Below, one piece after another: positions 55,619-64,000 of a stretch of DNA of 64,000 nucleotides. Below the pieces are notes generated by a model. It was not told the origin of the DNA. It ran no database searches and saw only the letters and a list, made by a program, of their open reading frames with translations. Both the position numbers and the translations under genes were made by a program. Positions within the stretch are counted from its first letter, which is position 1; the number at the start of each line of letters is the position of its first letter. Source of the DNA: an uncultured Actinomycetota bacterium (GTDB lineage: Bacteria > Actinomycetota > Actinomycetes > Actinomycetales > CAWJMD01); contig CAWJSX010000003.1 of NCBI GenBank assembly GCA_963845675.1, forward strand, positions 88,807 to 152,806, written 5' to 3'.

Positions 55619-58176
55619 GTGGCTGGTCGGGTGGGCGGGGCGCGCAGGGGAGTACCCGAGCTCGTCGCGGGCGTTGTCGCCGCACTGTCCTACTGCCTCG
55701 GCCAGGTGCTCGCCGGCCGGTTCCCGTTCGGCCCGCAGACACGCAGCGTCAACGACTACGGCACGCAGCTCGTCCCGCAGTACGCGCACCTGCGCGACGT
55801 GCTGACCGGGCAGGCGACCGGCGACCTGTGGTTCACCTGGCAGAGCGCGCTCGGGGTGCCGTACCTCCCGGACGTCGGCGTGTACATGTCGAGCCCCCTG
55901 TCGCTGCTCGTCGTGCTCTTCCCCCGCGACCAGATCGACCTGGCCGCGTTCGTGATCCACCTGCTGCACCTGGCGCTCGCCGGGTCCGCGATGACGTGGT
56001 ACCTGCGCCGGATCGGTGACGGCTCGTGGGTGGTCGCGTCCGCCCTGGGCGCCGCCTACGCGGTCTGCGGGTGGGCCGTCGACGACGCCGGGTACCTGAC
56101 GATCTGGCTGCCGGGCCTCATCGCGTTCCCGCTGATCGCGCTGGCCGGCGAGTGGGCCATCACGTCACAGCGGGCGGTGCTCGCTCCGCTGCTGGTGGCC
56201 CTGCCCTGGTACGCGAACTTCTACACGGCCTACATGGCCACGATCGGCGCCGGGCTGCTCGTCCTGTGCCGTCTGCTCGTCCTGGGCTGGAACCGCCGGG
56301 ACACGCTGCGGGCGGCGGTGCGCGTGGCCTGGACCTTCGGGCTGGGCGTGCTCCTGTCGGCCCCCCTGCTCGTCCCGGTGTGGGCTGCGAACAACCTGGC
56401 CCAGCCGTCCGGCTCGGCGGACCTGACCCGCGCCGACCTGCTGAGGACGCTGGATGCCAGCCCCGGCGACACGCTGGCGCGGCTGCTGCCCGCGACGGAG
56501 GGCGTGGGTCTGACGCCGGGCCTGTTCGTCACCACACCCGTCCTGCTCCTGGCGCTCACCCTGCCGTGGAACCGGCGGCTCACCTCCCGGGCACGCGATC
56601 CTGTACCCCGCCACCCTGATCGCCATCGTCGCCACGATGTTCTGGGTGCCGACGCACATGGCCTGGCACGGGTTCGACCTGCCCGACGGCAGCCCCTTCC
56701 GGCAGGCCTTCGTCCTCTGCGGGCTGCTGACGGTGATGGCGTGGGTGTCGCTGGCCAGGAGGCCGCCGGACGCCGTGGCCTGGGCGGGGGGCGTCGCGTC
56801 CCTGGTCGCGGTCTGGCTCGTCGGCAACGGCTCCGTGCACACGTCGCAGTGGACGAACCCGCTCTTCGCGGTCGCGCTGGTCGCGCTGGCCGGCGTCGTC
56901 GTGCTGACGAGGGGACCGGCGTCACGCGGCGGCGGTCCTCGGTGCCGTGATGTGTCTCGTCGTGGTGGCCGAGGGGTCCGTGACCGCGATGGTGGTCGCC
57001 GAGGCCCACGACCGGTTCGCCAAGCGGCCGCCGTGGGGCCCGCTGCTGCAGTCCGTCCGCGACGAGGCCCTCGCCGTCGACGAGTGGCCCGCGACGCGCA
57101 CCACGGTCGGTGCGGTGAGCACACCGGGATCGACCATCTGGAACGCGCCCAACGACGCGATGCTGATCGGGGGCGAGAGCGCCGGCTACTACAGCAGCCT
57201 GATGTCGCGGACGACGACGAACGCCCTGCAGGCGGTCGGCGTGACGTGGGCGGGGTTCAGCCGGAGCATCATCGACACGCCCGACCCCGCCCGGGACGCG
57301 GTGCTGGGCATCGGTCAGCGCCTGGTGACCACGGACATCGACGGCGTCTCCGTCGAGCGCAGGCCGAGCGCACCGCTCGTCTCGGCCCGCTCGGTCCTGC
57401 CGGAGTCGAGCGACAACCCCTTCCGCACCAGGAACAGCCTCTCGGGCACGGACGCGTACACGGTGCCGGACACCGAGGTGCTCTCGGACGACGGCGTGCC
57501 GCTGCCCCTGCGGCGCAGGGGCGGCTACCGCGAACCCGGCGCCGGGGACCGGCCGGCCGCCGTCCTGCGCGCGACCTGTCCCGCGGGGACGACCGTGCGC
57601 CTGACGGCTCCGGACATGGCCGGCTGGGTGGAGATCGACGACGGACGGGTGGCGACGATCCTGACGCCGGGCGCGAGCGGTGCCGGCTTCGTCGTGAGCG
57701 GCGGGCCCGTCGACCTGGGGCCCGCGCCCGCAGGCGAGTTCCGCGTGGACGTCTACGGCGATCCCCGCCTCGTCCTCCCTCCCGAGCCCCTGGCGTGCTA
57801 CGACGAGCAGGCGTTGGACGCCGGGATCCGGGAGCTCCAGGAGTCGGCGGCCGTCGTCACCACCGGTGGTCACTCGTTCACCGCGCGGTGGGACGAGCCC
57901 GTCGACGGCGACGCCCTGGCCCTGGTGACCGCGGTGCGAGGGTGGCGGTGCAGCACCGGAGGTTCGTGGGAGCGGCCGCAGTCCGCCGCGGGGTTCATCG
58001 CCGTCGGCATGGACGGCTCGTCCGAGCTGAGGTGCTCCTTCACACCGGTCGGCCTGGTGCCGGGCGCCGCCCTCGGTCTGCTGGCCCTGGTCGCCCTGCT
58101 CGCCCCCACCGTCCTCCGGCGGTCAGGCGTGTTCTCGGTGCCAGGAAGGCGCCGGTACACCGAGAACGCGCCGTAG
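55619..58176 (+). pseudogene. YfhO-family polytopic membrane protein (putative glycosyl-transfer/glycopolymer modification), two frame breaks
   Basis: Many TM helices in ORF 55619..56950 (SVNDYGTQLVPQYAHLRDVL..., PWYANFYTAYMATIGAGLLVL), continued in ORF 56637.. (MFWVPTHMAWHGFDLPDGSPFRQAF...), with a large extracytoplasmic C-domain in ORF 56947..58176. Breaks lie near 56590 and 56930. The start is uncertain. Confidence 0.65.
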
Positions 58177-58256
58177 CGCGGGCGAGCGCTGCTCCGATCG
58201 GGGGTCCGGGGGAGGCGTTCTAGCCCGTTGGTGGCGTGTGTGGACGCTCGGCGCCA

Positions 58257-58301
58257 CTGGCGACTCGTCCGCTCTAGGGTGTTCGACGGGGTTGTCCGGG
58301 A
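58257..58301 (+). promoter_or_regulatory. copy A of a conserved 45-bp intergenic element with -10-like TAGGGT (58275..58280), upstream of tadA
   Basis: ctggcgactcgtccgctctagggtgttcgacggggttgtccggga. Forty of 45 aligned positions are identical to 63028..63073. It lies 54 nt upstream of the tadA GTG. Confidence 0.6.
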
Positions 58302-58333
58302 CTGGGTTGTCCGGGACCGGGGTTGTCCGGGAC
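58291..58333 (+). promoter_or_regulatory. three tandem copies of GTTGTCCGGGAC, each containing the palindrome GTCC-G-GGAC (candidate operator array in the tadA leader)
   Basis: Read directly: copies at 58291..58302, 58306..58317 and 58322..58333, with spacing of 15 and 16 nt. They lie between the TAGGGT hexamer and the GTG start at 58355. Confidence 0.55.
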
Positions 58334-58354
58334 GGGGTCGTGTGGGGGGCGCAC

Positions 58355-59587
58355 GTGGACGCGGTGGCGATCGTCGAGGACGAGGTCCGCGAGCTGATCC
58401 GTCGTCGCGGCGTCGACCCGACGCGTGACCCGAGCGGTGTCCGTCGCCTGGTCGAGGATGCCGTCGCCGACTACGACGACCGCTCGCTGTCCGGTGGGCT
58501 CCCGCCGCTGCCCGACCCTCAGCACGCCGTGAAGTCGGTGCTCGACGCGGTCGCCGGTCTCGGTCCGCTGCAGGCCTACCTCGACGACCCTGACGTCGAG
58601 GAGATCTGGATCAACGAGCCCGGCAAGGTGTTCGTCGCCCGTCACGGGATCCCCGAGCTCACCACGACGATCCTCACCGCCGACCAGGTGCGCGACCTCG
58701 TGGAGCGCATGCTGAAGTCGTCCGGCCGACGTGTAGACCTGTCGAGCCCCTTCGTGGACGCGATGCTTGCCGACGGCAGCCGGCTCCACGTCGTGATCCC
58801 CGACATCACGCGTCAGCACTGGGCCGTCAACGTGCGCAAGTTCGTCGTGCGGGCCGACCGGCTCGACGACCTCGTGCGGCTGGGGACGTTGACCGCCCAG
58901 GCCGCGGCCTTCCTCGACGGTGCGGTCCGTGCAGGCCTGAACGTGTTGGTGTCCGGCGGAACTCAGGCCGGCAAGACCACGCTGCTCAACTGCATGGGTG
59001 CCTCGATCCCGCCCCTCGAGCGCGTGGTCACGTGCGAGGAGGTCTTCGAGCTGAAGATCCCGCTGCGCGACTGCGTCGGCCTGCAGTGCCGCCAGCCCAG
59101 CCTCGAGGGCACCGGTGAGATCCCCCTGCGCCGCCTCGTGAAGGAGGCGCTGCGGATGCGTCCCACGCGCCTGGTCGTCGGTGAGGTGCGTCAGGCCGAG
59201 AGCCTCGACCTGCTGATCGCGCTGAACTCCGGGCTGCCCGGCATGGCCAGCATCCACGCCAACAGCGCCCGCGAGGCGATCACCAAGATGTGCACTCTCC
59301 CGCTGCTCGCCGGCGAGAACGTGGGCGCGCGGTTCGTGGTCCCGACCGTCGCGGGGTGCGTCGACCTCGTGGTCCACGTCGCACTCGATGCCGATGGCCA
59401 GCGTCGCGTCCGCGAGATCGTCGCGGTTCCCGGACGGGTGGAGCAGGACGTCGTCGAGACCGCCGACGTCTTCACCACGCGCCAGGGCCGCCTCGTGCGC
59501 GCGGACGGCTACCCTCCGCACGCCGACCGGTTCGAGCGCGCGGGCATCGACCTTGCGGCGCTGCTGCGTCAGGACACCGGACGGTGA
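58355..59587 (+). CDS. tadA: TadA/CpaF-family type IV pilus (Flp/Tad) secretion ATPase
   Basis: ORF 58238..59587 trimmed to GTG 58355 (VDAVAIVEDEVRELIRRRGVDP...). Intact. Walker A VSGGTQAGKTTLL, Asp box, Walker B RLVVGEVR, His box SIHANSA. Confidence 0.9.
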   Translation: MDAVAIVEDEVRELIRRRGVDPTRDPSGVRRLVEDAVADYDDRSLSGGLPPLPDPQHAVKSVLDAVAGLGPLQAYLDDPDVEEIWINEPGKVFVARHGIPELTTTILTADQVRDLVERMLKSSGRRVDLSSPFVDAMLADGSRLHVVIPDITRQHWAVNVRKFVVRADRLDDLVRLGTLTAQAAAFLDGAVRAGLNVLVSGGTQAGKTTLLNCMGASIPPLERVVTCEEVFELKIPLRDCVGLQCRQPSLEGTGEIPLRRLVKEALRMRPTRLVVGEVRQAESLDLLIALNSGLPGMASIHANSAREAITKMCTLPLLAGENVGARFVVPTVAGCVDLVVHVALDADGQRRVREIVAVPGRVEQDVVETADVFTTRQGRLVRADGYPPHADRFERAGIDLAALLRQDTGR

Positions 59588-59594
59588 CCGCGAC

Positions 59595-60460
59595 ATGGGG
59601 GTGATCAGCGGACTGCTCCTGGGCGCCGGGCTCTTCTGCATCTGGTGGTCGTTCTGGACCCGCCGCACCACAGCCGGAGACAGCGCCCGCCGCGTCGCTG
59701 AGCGACAGGCTGTCCGACGAGCTGCTGCAGGCGGGCATGGTCGCGGTGGGTCCGCGCGCGCTCGCTGCCGCCTGCACCACCTCGGCCCTGCTTCGTGGGG
59801 CTCGTCGTGCTGGCGGTCTCCTCGTCCCCGCCGATCGCCGTCTGCTTCGCCGTGATCGGTGGTTGGGCACCGTTCTCGCTCGTGCGGTTCCGGGCGCGTC
59901 AGCGGCGCAGCGTGGTCCGTGACCTGTGGCCCGAGGCCGTCGACCACCTCACGTCGGGCATCCGGGCCGGGCTGTCGCTTCCCGAGGCGCTCGCGCAGCT
60001 GGGGGAGCGAGGTCCGAAGGAGCTGCGTCCGGCATTCGTCGCCTTCGCCGAGGACTACCGCGCCACAGGCCGTTTCGTCGACTGCCTTGACCGCCTGAAG
60101 TCCCGCCTGGCAGACCCGGTCGCGGACCGCATCGTGGAGGCGCTACGCCTGACGCGGGAGGTGGGCGGCAGCGACCTCGGCCGCCTCCTCCGAGCGCTCT
60201 CGACCTTCCTGCGGGACGACGCCCGGACGAGGGCGGAGCTCGAGGCCCGTCAGAGCTGGACGGTCAACGCCGCGCGCCTCGCCGTCGCCGCACCGTGGGT
60301 CGTCCTCGCACTGCTGTCCACCCGACCCGAGGCCGTGATGGCGTACAACCGCCCGGCCGGAGTCGTGGTGCTCGCGGTCGGGGCCGCCGCCTCCGTCGTC
60401 GCCTACCGGGTGATGGTGCGGATCGGGCGGTTGCCCGAGGAGAGCCGGGTGCTGCGGTGA
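59595..60460 (+). pseudogene. tadB: TadB-like type II secretion system F-family membrane protein, two frame breaks
   Basis: ATG 59595 (MGVISGLLLGAGLFCIWWSFW...), middle piece (LSDRLSDELLQAGMVAVGPRALAAACTTSALL) in the frame of ORF 59737.., the rest in ORF 59795..60460 (...LWPEAVDHLTSGIRAGLSLPEAL...). Breaks lie near 59680 and 59790. Confidence 0.75.
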
Positions 60461-61405
60461 ACGGCCCTTCGGCCGCGTGGGCGGGCGCCGGCCTCGGGCT
60501 CGTCGCGGGGCTCGGACTGTGGCTGGTGTTCCTCCGGCTGCCCGTGATGCGTCGCCCCACGCTCGACCAGAGGCTCGCGCCCTATGTCCGCGACGTCGCT
60601 CGGCCGTCGTCGCTGCTGGGTGAGACCGCCTCGGGCACGCCCTTCGCGATCGTCGAACGCATGCTCGGTCCGGTGATGGCGGATGCCGTGCCGCTGGGTC
60701 GAGCGGCTGTCGGGAGGACCCGGCACGGTCCGCCGTCGTCTCGACCAGCTGGGCCGCTCGATGACGGTCGAGCAGTTCCGCGCGCAGCAGGTCGTGTGGG
60801 GGGTGCTGGGTCTGGGTGCAGGTCTGTTCGGCGCACTGGTCCTCGGGCGCGCGCCAAGGCCTCTCTCTCGTGCCGATGCTGGCGATGGTCGTCGTCGGCG
60901 GAGTGGGTGGGGTGCTCGGACGTGACCACCTGCTCAGTCGTGCCGTGCGCAGCCGGGAGGAGCGCATCCTCACCGAGTTCCCCACCGTGGCAGAGCTGCC
61001 TCGCACTGTCCGTGAGCGCGGGGGAGGGCGCGGTCGGGGCGCTGGAGCGCGTCGCCCGGACCACGTCGGGGGAGCTCTCGATCGAGCTGCGGCGCACGCT
61101 GTCCGACGCGCGGGCGGGTGCGACGCTTGGTCGAGGCGCTCGAGGGGATGGCCTCACGCACCAGCCTGCCGATCCTCGCCCGGTTCGTTGACGGCGTCGC
61201 CATCGCCCTGGAACGGGGGACGCCGCTGGCCGACGTCCTGCGGGCGCAGGCGCAGGACGTCCGTGAGGCCGGTCGTCGGCAGCTGATGGAGACCGGTGGC
61301 AAGAAGGAGATCGGGATGATGGTCCCCGTCGTCTTCCTCGTCCTGCCGGTGACCGTGGTCTTCGCCGTCTACCCGGGGTTCGCCGTGCTGAGCCTCGACC
61401 TGTGA
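60457..61405 (+). pseudogene. tadC: TadC-like type II secretion system F-family membrane protein, about four frame breaks
   Basis: GTG 60457 overlaps the tadB stop (GTGA). Pieces are in ORFs 60295.., 60683.., 60816.. and 61118..61405 (…EFPTVAEL..., ...LPILARFVDGVAIALERGTPLADVLRAQAQDVREAGRRQLMETGGKKEIGMMVPVVFLVLP...). Breaks lie near 60690, 60850, 61000 and 61125. Confidence 0.7.
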
Positions 61406-61458
61406 TGCAGATCGACCCACGTCACCACGGGGTGACCAGACCAAGAGGATGTGGACGG

Positions 61459-61647
61459 ATGAGTGCGATGCGGGCGGTCAGGCGTCGCTGGGTGCAGGCC
61501 CTGGCCGGGGGCGACCGTGGCGACGTGCCGGGCTGGGTGATGGTCACGCTGATGACGGCCGGCCTGGTGCTGGGGCTCTGGGCTGTGGCCGGCGACCAGC
61601 TGGAGCGCGTGTTCAGCGAGGCCATGACGCGGATCCTGAACTTCTAG
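61459..61647 (+). CDS. small membrane protein in the Flp-pilin position (atypical, no G/xxxxEY motif)
   Basis: ORF 61402..61647 trimmed to ATG 61459, preceded by AGAGGA. Sequence is MSAMRAVRRRWVQALAGGDRGDVPGWVMVTLMTAGLVLGLWAVAGDQLERVFSEAMTRILNF: a basic leader, Gly, a single hydrophobic helix and a short tail. It sits between tadC and tadE, as pilin genes do. Confidence 0.55.
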   Translation: MSAMRAVRRRWVQALAGGDRGDVPGWVMVTLMTAGLVLGLWAVAGDQLERVFSEAMTRILNF

Positions 61648-61650
61648 GAC

Positions 61651-62055
61651 GTGAGTGCGTCTCGGCTCCGGTGTGGGGTCGGCGCGGTCGACCGCGAGAG
61701 AGGTTCTGCCGTGGTCGACTTCGTCGCGGTCTCGACCCTGGTGACCCTGGTCTTCCTCGGTGTCATCCAGCTGTCGCTCGTGCTGCACGTGCGGAACACG
61801 TTGGTCGACTGCGCGTCCGAGGGGGCGCGCTACGGCGGACTGGCCGACCGGTCACCCGCGGACGGCGTCGCGCGGACCCGTGAGCTGATCGGGATGTCGC
61901 TCTCTCCCCGGTACGCCGAGGACGTGACGGCTTCGACTCGGACGATCGACGGCGTGGTGGTCGTCGAGGTGCGGGTGGACGCGCCCCTGCCGGCGGTGGG
62001 GCTGCTGGGACCGGCGCAGGCGATCACCGTGATCGGGCACGGGGTGCAGGAGTGA
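61651..62055 (+). CDS. tadE: TadE-like pseudopilin / pilus assembly protein
   Basis: Intact ORF. The TadE N-terminal signature is ERGSAVVDFVAVSTLVTLVFLGVIQLSLVLHVRNTL. Confidence 0.8.
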   Translation: MSASRLRCGVGAVDRERGSAVVDFVAVSTLVTLVFLGVIQLSLVLHVRNTLVDCASEGARYGGLADRSPADGVARTRELIGMSLSPRYAEDVTASTRTIDGVVVVEVRVDAPLPAVGLLGPAQAITVIGHGVQE

Positions 62056-62504
62056 TGCCGGTCGGCCGTGACGACCGGGGTTCCGCCGTGGTCGAGTTCG
62101 TCACGCTCGGTGTGCTGCTGCTGGTGCCGGTCATCTACTTCGTGCTCGTGATGGGACGGCTGCAGGCGGCGGCCTTCGCGGTGGAAGCCGCCTCCCGGGA
62201 GGGAGCGCGGGTCGTGGCGGCCGCCGAGGACGACGAAGCCGGCGCCGACCGACTGGCCGCTGTGGTCGAGCTGGCACTGAGGGACCAGGGGTTCGCGGGG
62301 GACGGTGACCCCGAGCAGGAGGTGACGGTCACCTGCGAGAGCGACCCGTGCCTGACCCCCGACTCGGCGGTGACCGTCGTCGTCGAGGTCGACGTCGTGC
62401 TGCCGGGTGTCCCGGCGTTCGTGGACGACGTGATCCCAGCCCGTGTGCCGGTGCGCGCGGACGCGGTCTCCGTTGTCGACCGCTACGCAGGGCTCACGCC
62501 GTGA
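62052..62504 (+). CDS. TadE-like protein (second copy)
   Basis: Intact ORF overlapping the upstream stop (ATGA/GTGA type). Sequence DRGSAVVEFVTLGVLLLVPVIYFVLVMGRLQAAAFAVEAASREGAR. Confidence 0.8.
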   Translation: MMPVGRDDRGSAVVEFVTLGVLLLVPVIYFVLVMGRLQAAAFAVEAASREGARVVAAAEDDEAGADRLAAVVELALRDQGFAGDGDPEQEVTVTCESDPCLTPDSAVTVVVEVDVVLPGVPAFVDDVIPARVPVRADAVSVVDRYAGLTP

Positions 62505-62984
62505 GCCGGCGGCTCCGCCGGCGCTGGCACGAGGTCCGCGAGCGTGCGGACGACGGGCAGATCCTGCTGCTGATCCTCTTCTACTCCGTGATCGCGTTCT
62601 CGCTCGCCGCGGTGGTCGTCAGCGCGTCGGCGGTGCACCTCGAACGCAAGCGCCTGCTGGAGGTGGCTGACGGTGCGGCGCTCGACGCAGCGGACGCCGT
62701 CGACCCCGGCGGCTACTTCGGGGAGGGCGTTCGCCCCGGCTCGGTGCCGCTGTCCGACGCCTCGGTCCGGGCCAGCGTGGACGACTACCTGGCCGGCCGC
62801 CGCGCGTTCGCCGACTTCGACCGACTGGTGGTCGGGTCGCAGACCGGGTGCCAGCGACGGACGTACCGCCGAGGTCACGCTGTACGCCACGGTCGACCCG
62901 CCGTTGGTCGGGTGGGCCCTCGAGGCGTTCGCGGGAGGGATCCCGTTGCACGCCACCGGGTCGGCCAGGGTGGACGCGCGCTAG
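62501..62984 (+). pseudogene. TadG/Rv3654c-like pilus assembly protein, one frame break
   Basis: GTG 62501 overlaps the upstream TGA. DDGQILLLILFYSVIAFSLAAVVVSASAVHLERKRLLEVADGAALDAAD is in ORF 62348..63256. The C-terminus ...ASDGRTAEVTLYATVDPPLVGWALEAFAGGIPLHATGSARVDAR is in ORF 62673..62984. The break lies near 62850. Confidence 0.65.
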
Positions 62985-63027
62985 TGGCGGGGCGAGACCG
63001 ACGCGGGGGTCGTCCGGGCGGTCTGAG

Positions 63028-63073
63028 CTGGCGACTCGCCCGCTCTAGGGTGTTCCGACGCAGTTGTCCTGGA
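63028..63073 (+). promoter_or_regulatory. copy B of the conserved 45-bp element (TAGGGT at 63046..63051), upstream of the first paralogous membrane-protein gene
   Basis: ctggcgactcgcccgctctagggtgttccgacgcagttgtcctgga. It carries a single, one-mismatch copy of the palindrome (GTCC-T-GGAA). It lies 39 nt upstream of GTG 63112, which has a GAGAGGGGG Shine-Dalgarno. Confidence 0.6.
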
Positions 63074-63111
63074 AGGGCCGCTGAGGCTCACACCGTACGA
63101 GAGGGGGCCGC

Positions 63112-63678
63112 GTGGCCTCGTTCATGCCTTCCGGCTCGAAGCCCCTCCCGCCTGTCCCGCCGGACCGCGATAGTCGGCCGGGGGCCGACGGCCCGCGCCT
63201 GGGTTGCTGGGCCTTCCTGGCCTGGGTCGCGCTGGGCGCGTCCTTCCCCGTCCTGATCGCGATCGCGGCGATCGCGGACTCTCCGGCCATAGCTGTCGCC
63301 TCCTCGTCGGTCGCCGTGGTCTGGGCGCTGGCCAACACCGTGTGGGTCGCCTGGCGGACCGCCACCCGACCGGCGGTCCGTGGCATCCACGGGATCCTCG
63401 CCGGGGTGTACCTGCTCTATGCCTTCGTGGCCGGGCTGTGGCTCCAGTACCCCGCGCTGCACGGCACCGTGATCTCCCGCAGACGCCGCGAGACACACCT
63501 CGACTTCGGTGACGAGCGCTTCTCGCCGCTCCTCGACATCGCCCGGGATGTCGGTGCGCTGGCGTTCGGACTCGCGGTCGCCGGACCGGCCGCGGCGTAC
63601 GTCGTCGCCCGCCTCGTCCGCCGGGTCTCCGGAGCCCAGGGCGTCGAGCCGGTCCCCGTCCGGGGCCGAGGGAAGTAG
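63112..63678 (+). CDS. hypothetical four-helix membrane protein
   Basis: Intact ORF 63112..63678 with hydrophobic segments LGCWAFLAWVALGASFPVLIAIAAI, VAVVWALANTVWVAW, ILAGVYLLYAFVAGLWL and VGALAFGLAVAGPAAAYVVA. No family recognised. Confidence 0.55.
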   Translation: MASFMPSGSKPLPPVPPDRDSRPGADGPRLGCWAFLAWVALGASFPVLIAIAAIADSPAIAVASSSVAVVWALANTVWVAWRTATRPAVRGIHGILAGVYLLYAFVAGLWLQYPALHGTVISRRRRETHLDFGDERFSPLLDIARDVGALAFGLAVAGPAAAYVVARLVRRVSGAQGVEPVPVRGRGK

Positions 63679-63683
63679 GCGCC

Positions 63684-64000
63684 CCGTGTACTCCTGCCCC
63701 GACCACGAGGACAAGTACGCCGACCCGTACTACGAGGGCCCGGTGACCTGGCTGCTCTTCGGGGGGTGGTTCCTGCTCATGGTCGGCGGCCCAGGCACCG
63801 TTGCGCTCGGAGCGGCCCGGGACGACGCTCGGCTCGCTGTGCTCGGCTCCGTCGTCGCGGTCCTCTGGACGCTCAGCAACGCCGTGTTCGTCTACCGCAA
63901 GGTCCGCCCCCAGGCCGACCGGCACGGCGCCCCGATGGGCTTCATCTGGTGGGTCGGGACATCCTTCCCTGTGTTCGTCGTGCTCCAGTACCCGGTCTTT
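63684..64000 (+). CDS. hypothetical membrane protein, paralogue of 63112..63678 (partial, runs off window end)
   Basis: Hand translation from GTG 63684 is open to the window end: VYSCPDHEDKYADPYYEGPVTWLLFGGWFLLMVGGPGTV...VVAVLWTLSNAVFVYRKV...FIWWVGTSFPVFVVLQYPVF. It shares AV(V/L)W(A/T)L(A/S)N(T/A)V and LQYP motifs with the preceding gene. Confidence 0.5.

Noticed and set aside
58257-63073. The two 45-bp copies as att-type direct repeats of a mobile tad island
   Set aside because: There is no integrase or recombinase, and no obvious compositional difference by eye. Both copies sit at promoter distance from start codons and contain a -10-like hexamer. A duplicated regulatory module is the simpler reading, and I kept that as a finding.

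Overview
Very GC-rich chromosomal segment whose gene content looks actinobacterial (probably Micrococcales or Cellulomonas-like; this is inferred from gene content only). I recognise about 60 protein-coding genes and no rRNA, tRNA, CRISPR array, transposase or integrase.

Gene order, left to right:
- HTH / SAF / CpaE(Ssd)-like head of a tad locus (1.1-3.6 kb)
- HAD hydrolase, lipoprotein, WS/DGAT plus patatin, GH1 beta-glucosidase, pruA, GlcD-like oxidase, DUF2505, kynA
- giant NAD-glutamate dehydrogenase
- the conserved pdtaS - whiB1 - sigma/anti-sigma block, then a GNAT
- an orphan FHA-FtsK/SpoIIIE (EssC-like) multi-ATPase
- a two-armed ter supercluster of about 15 kb: TerD x2, TerA-like, TelA, DUF475/TerC-like, the HpcH-PRTase-StiP-HAD genes and an ATP-grasp gene, interrupted by a LAL-LuxR regulator, an NTF2-like protein and a hemerythrin
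- EEP nuclease/phosphatase, two ABC exporters, DUF3516 helicase, PPOX, M28 aminopeptidase, a second WS/DGAT, PPK2, YfhO
- tadA-tadB-tadC-flp-tadE-tadE-tadG (58.4-63.0 kb), followed by two paralogous membrane proteins

Main points:
1. The ter-linked small-molecule pathway has been predicted computationally but is biochemically uncharacterised.
2. An element of about 45 bp with a TAGGGT -10-like core is duplicated on both sides of the tad operon. The tadA leader also carries three tandem GTCCNGGAC palindromes, and a weaker copy of the core sits in front of the distant SAF/cpaE operon.
3. By eye there are roughly fifty reading-frame breaks, unevenly distributed, in otherwise well-conserved genes. 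These are either assembly indel errors or patchy gene decay, and I cannot distinguish the two from sequence alone.

The long antisense ORFs in the track are GC-driven shadow ORFs. All family calls come from motif recognition by eye; no searches were run.
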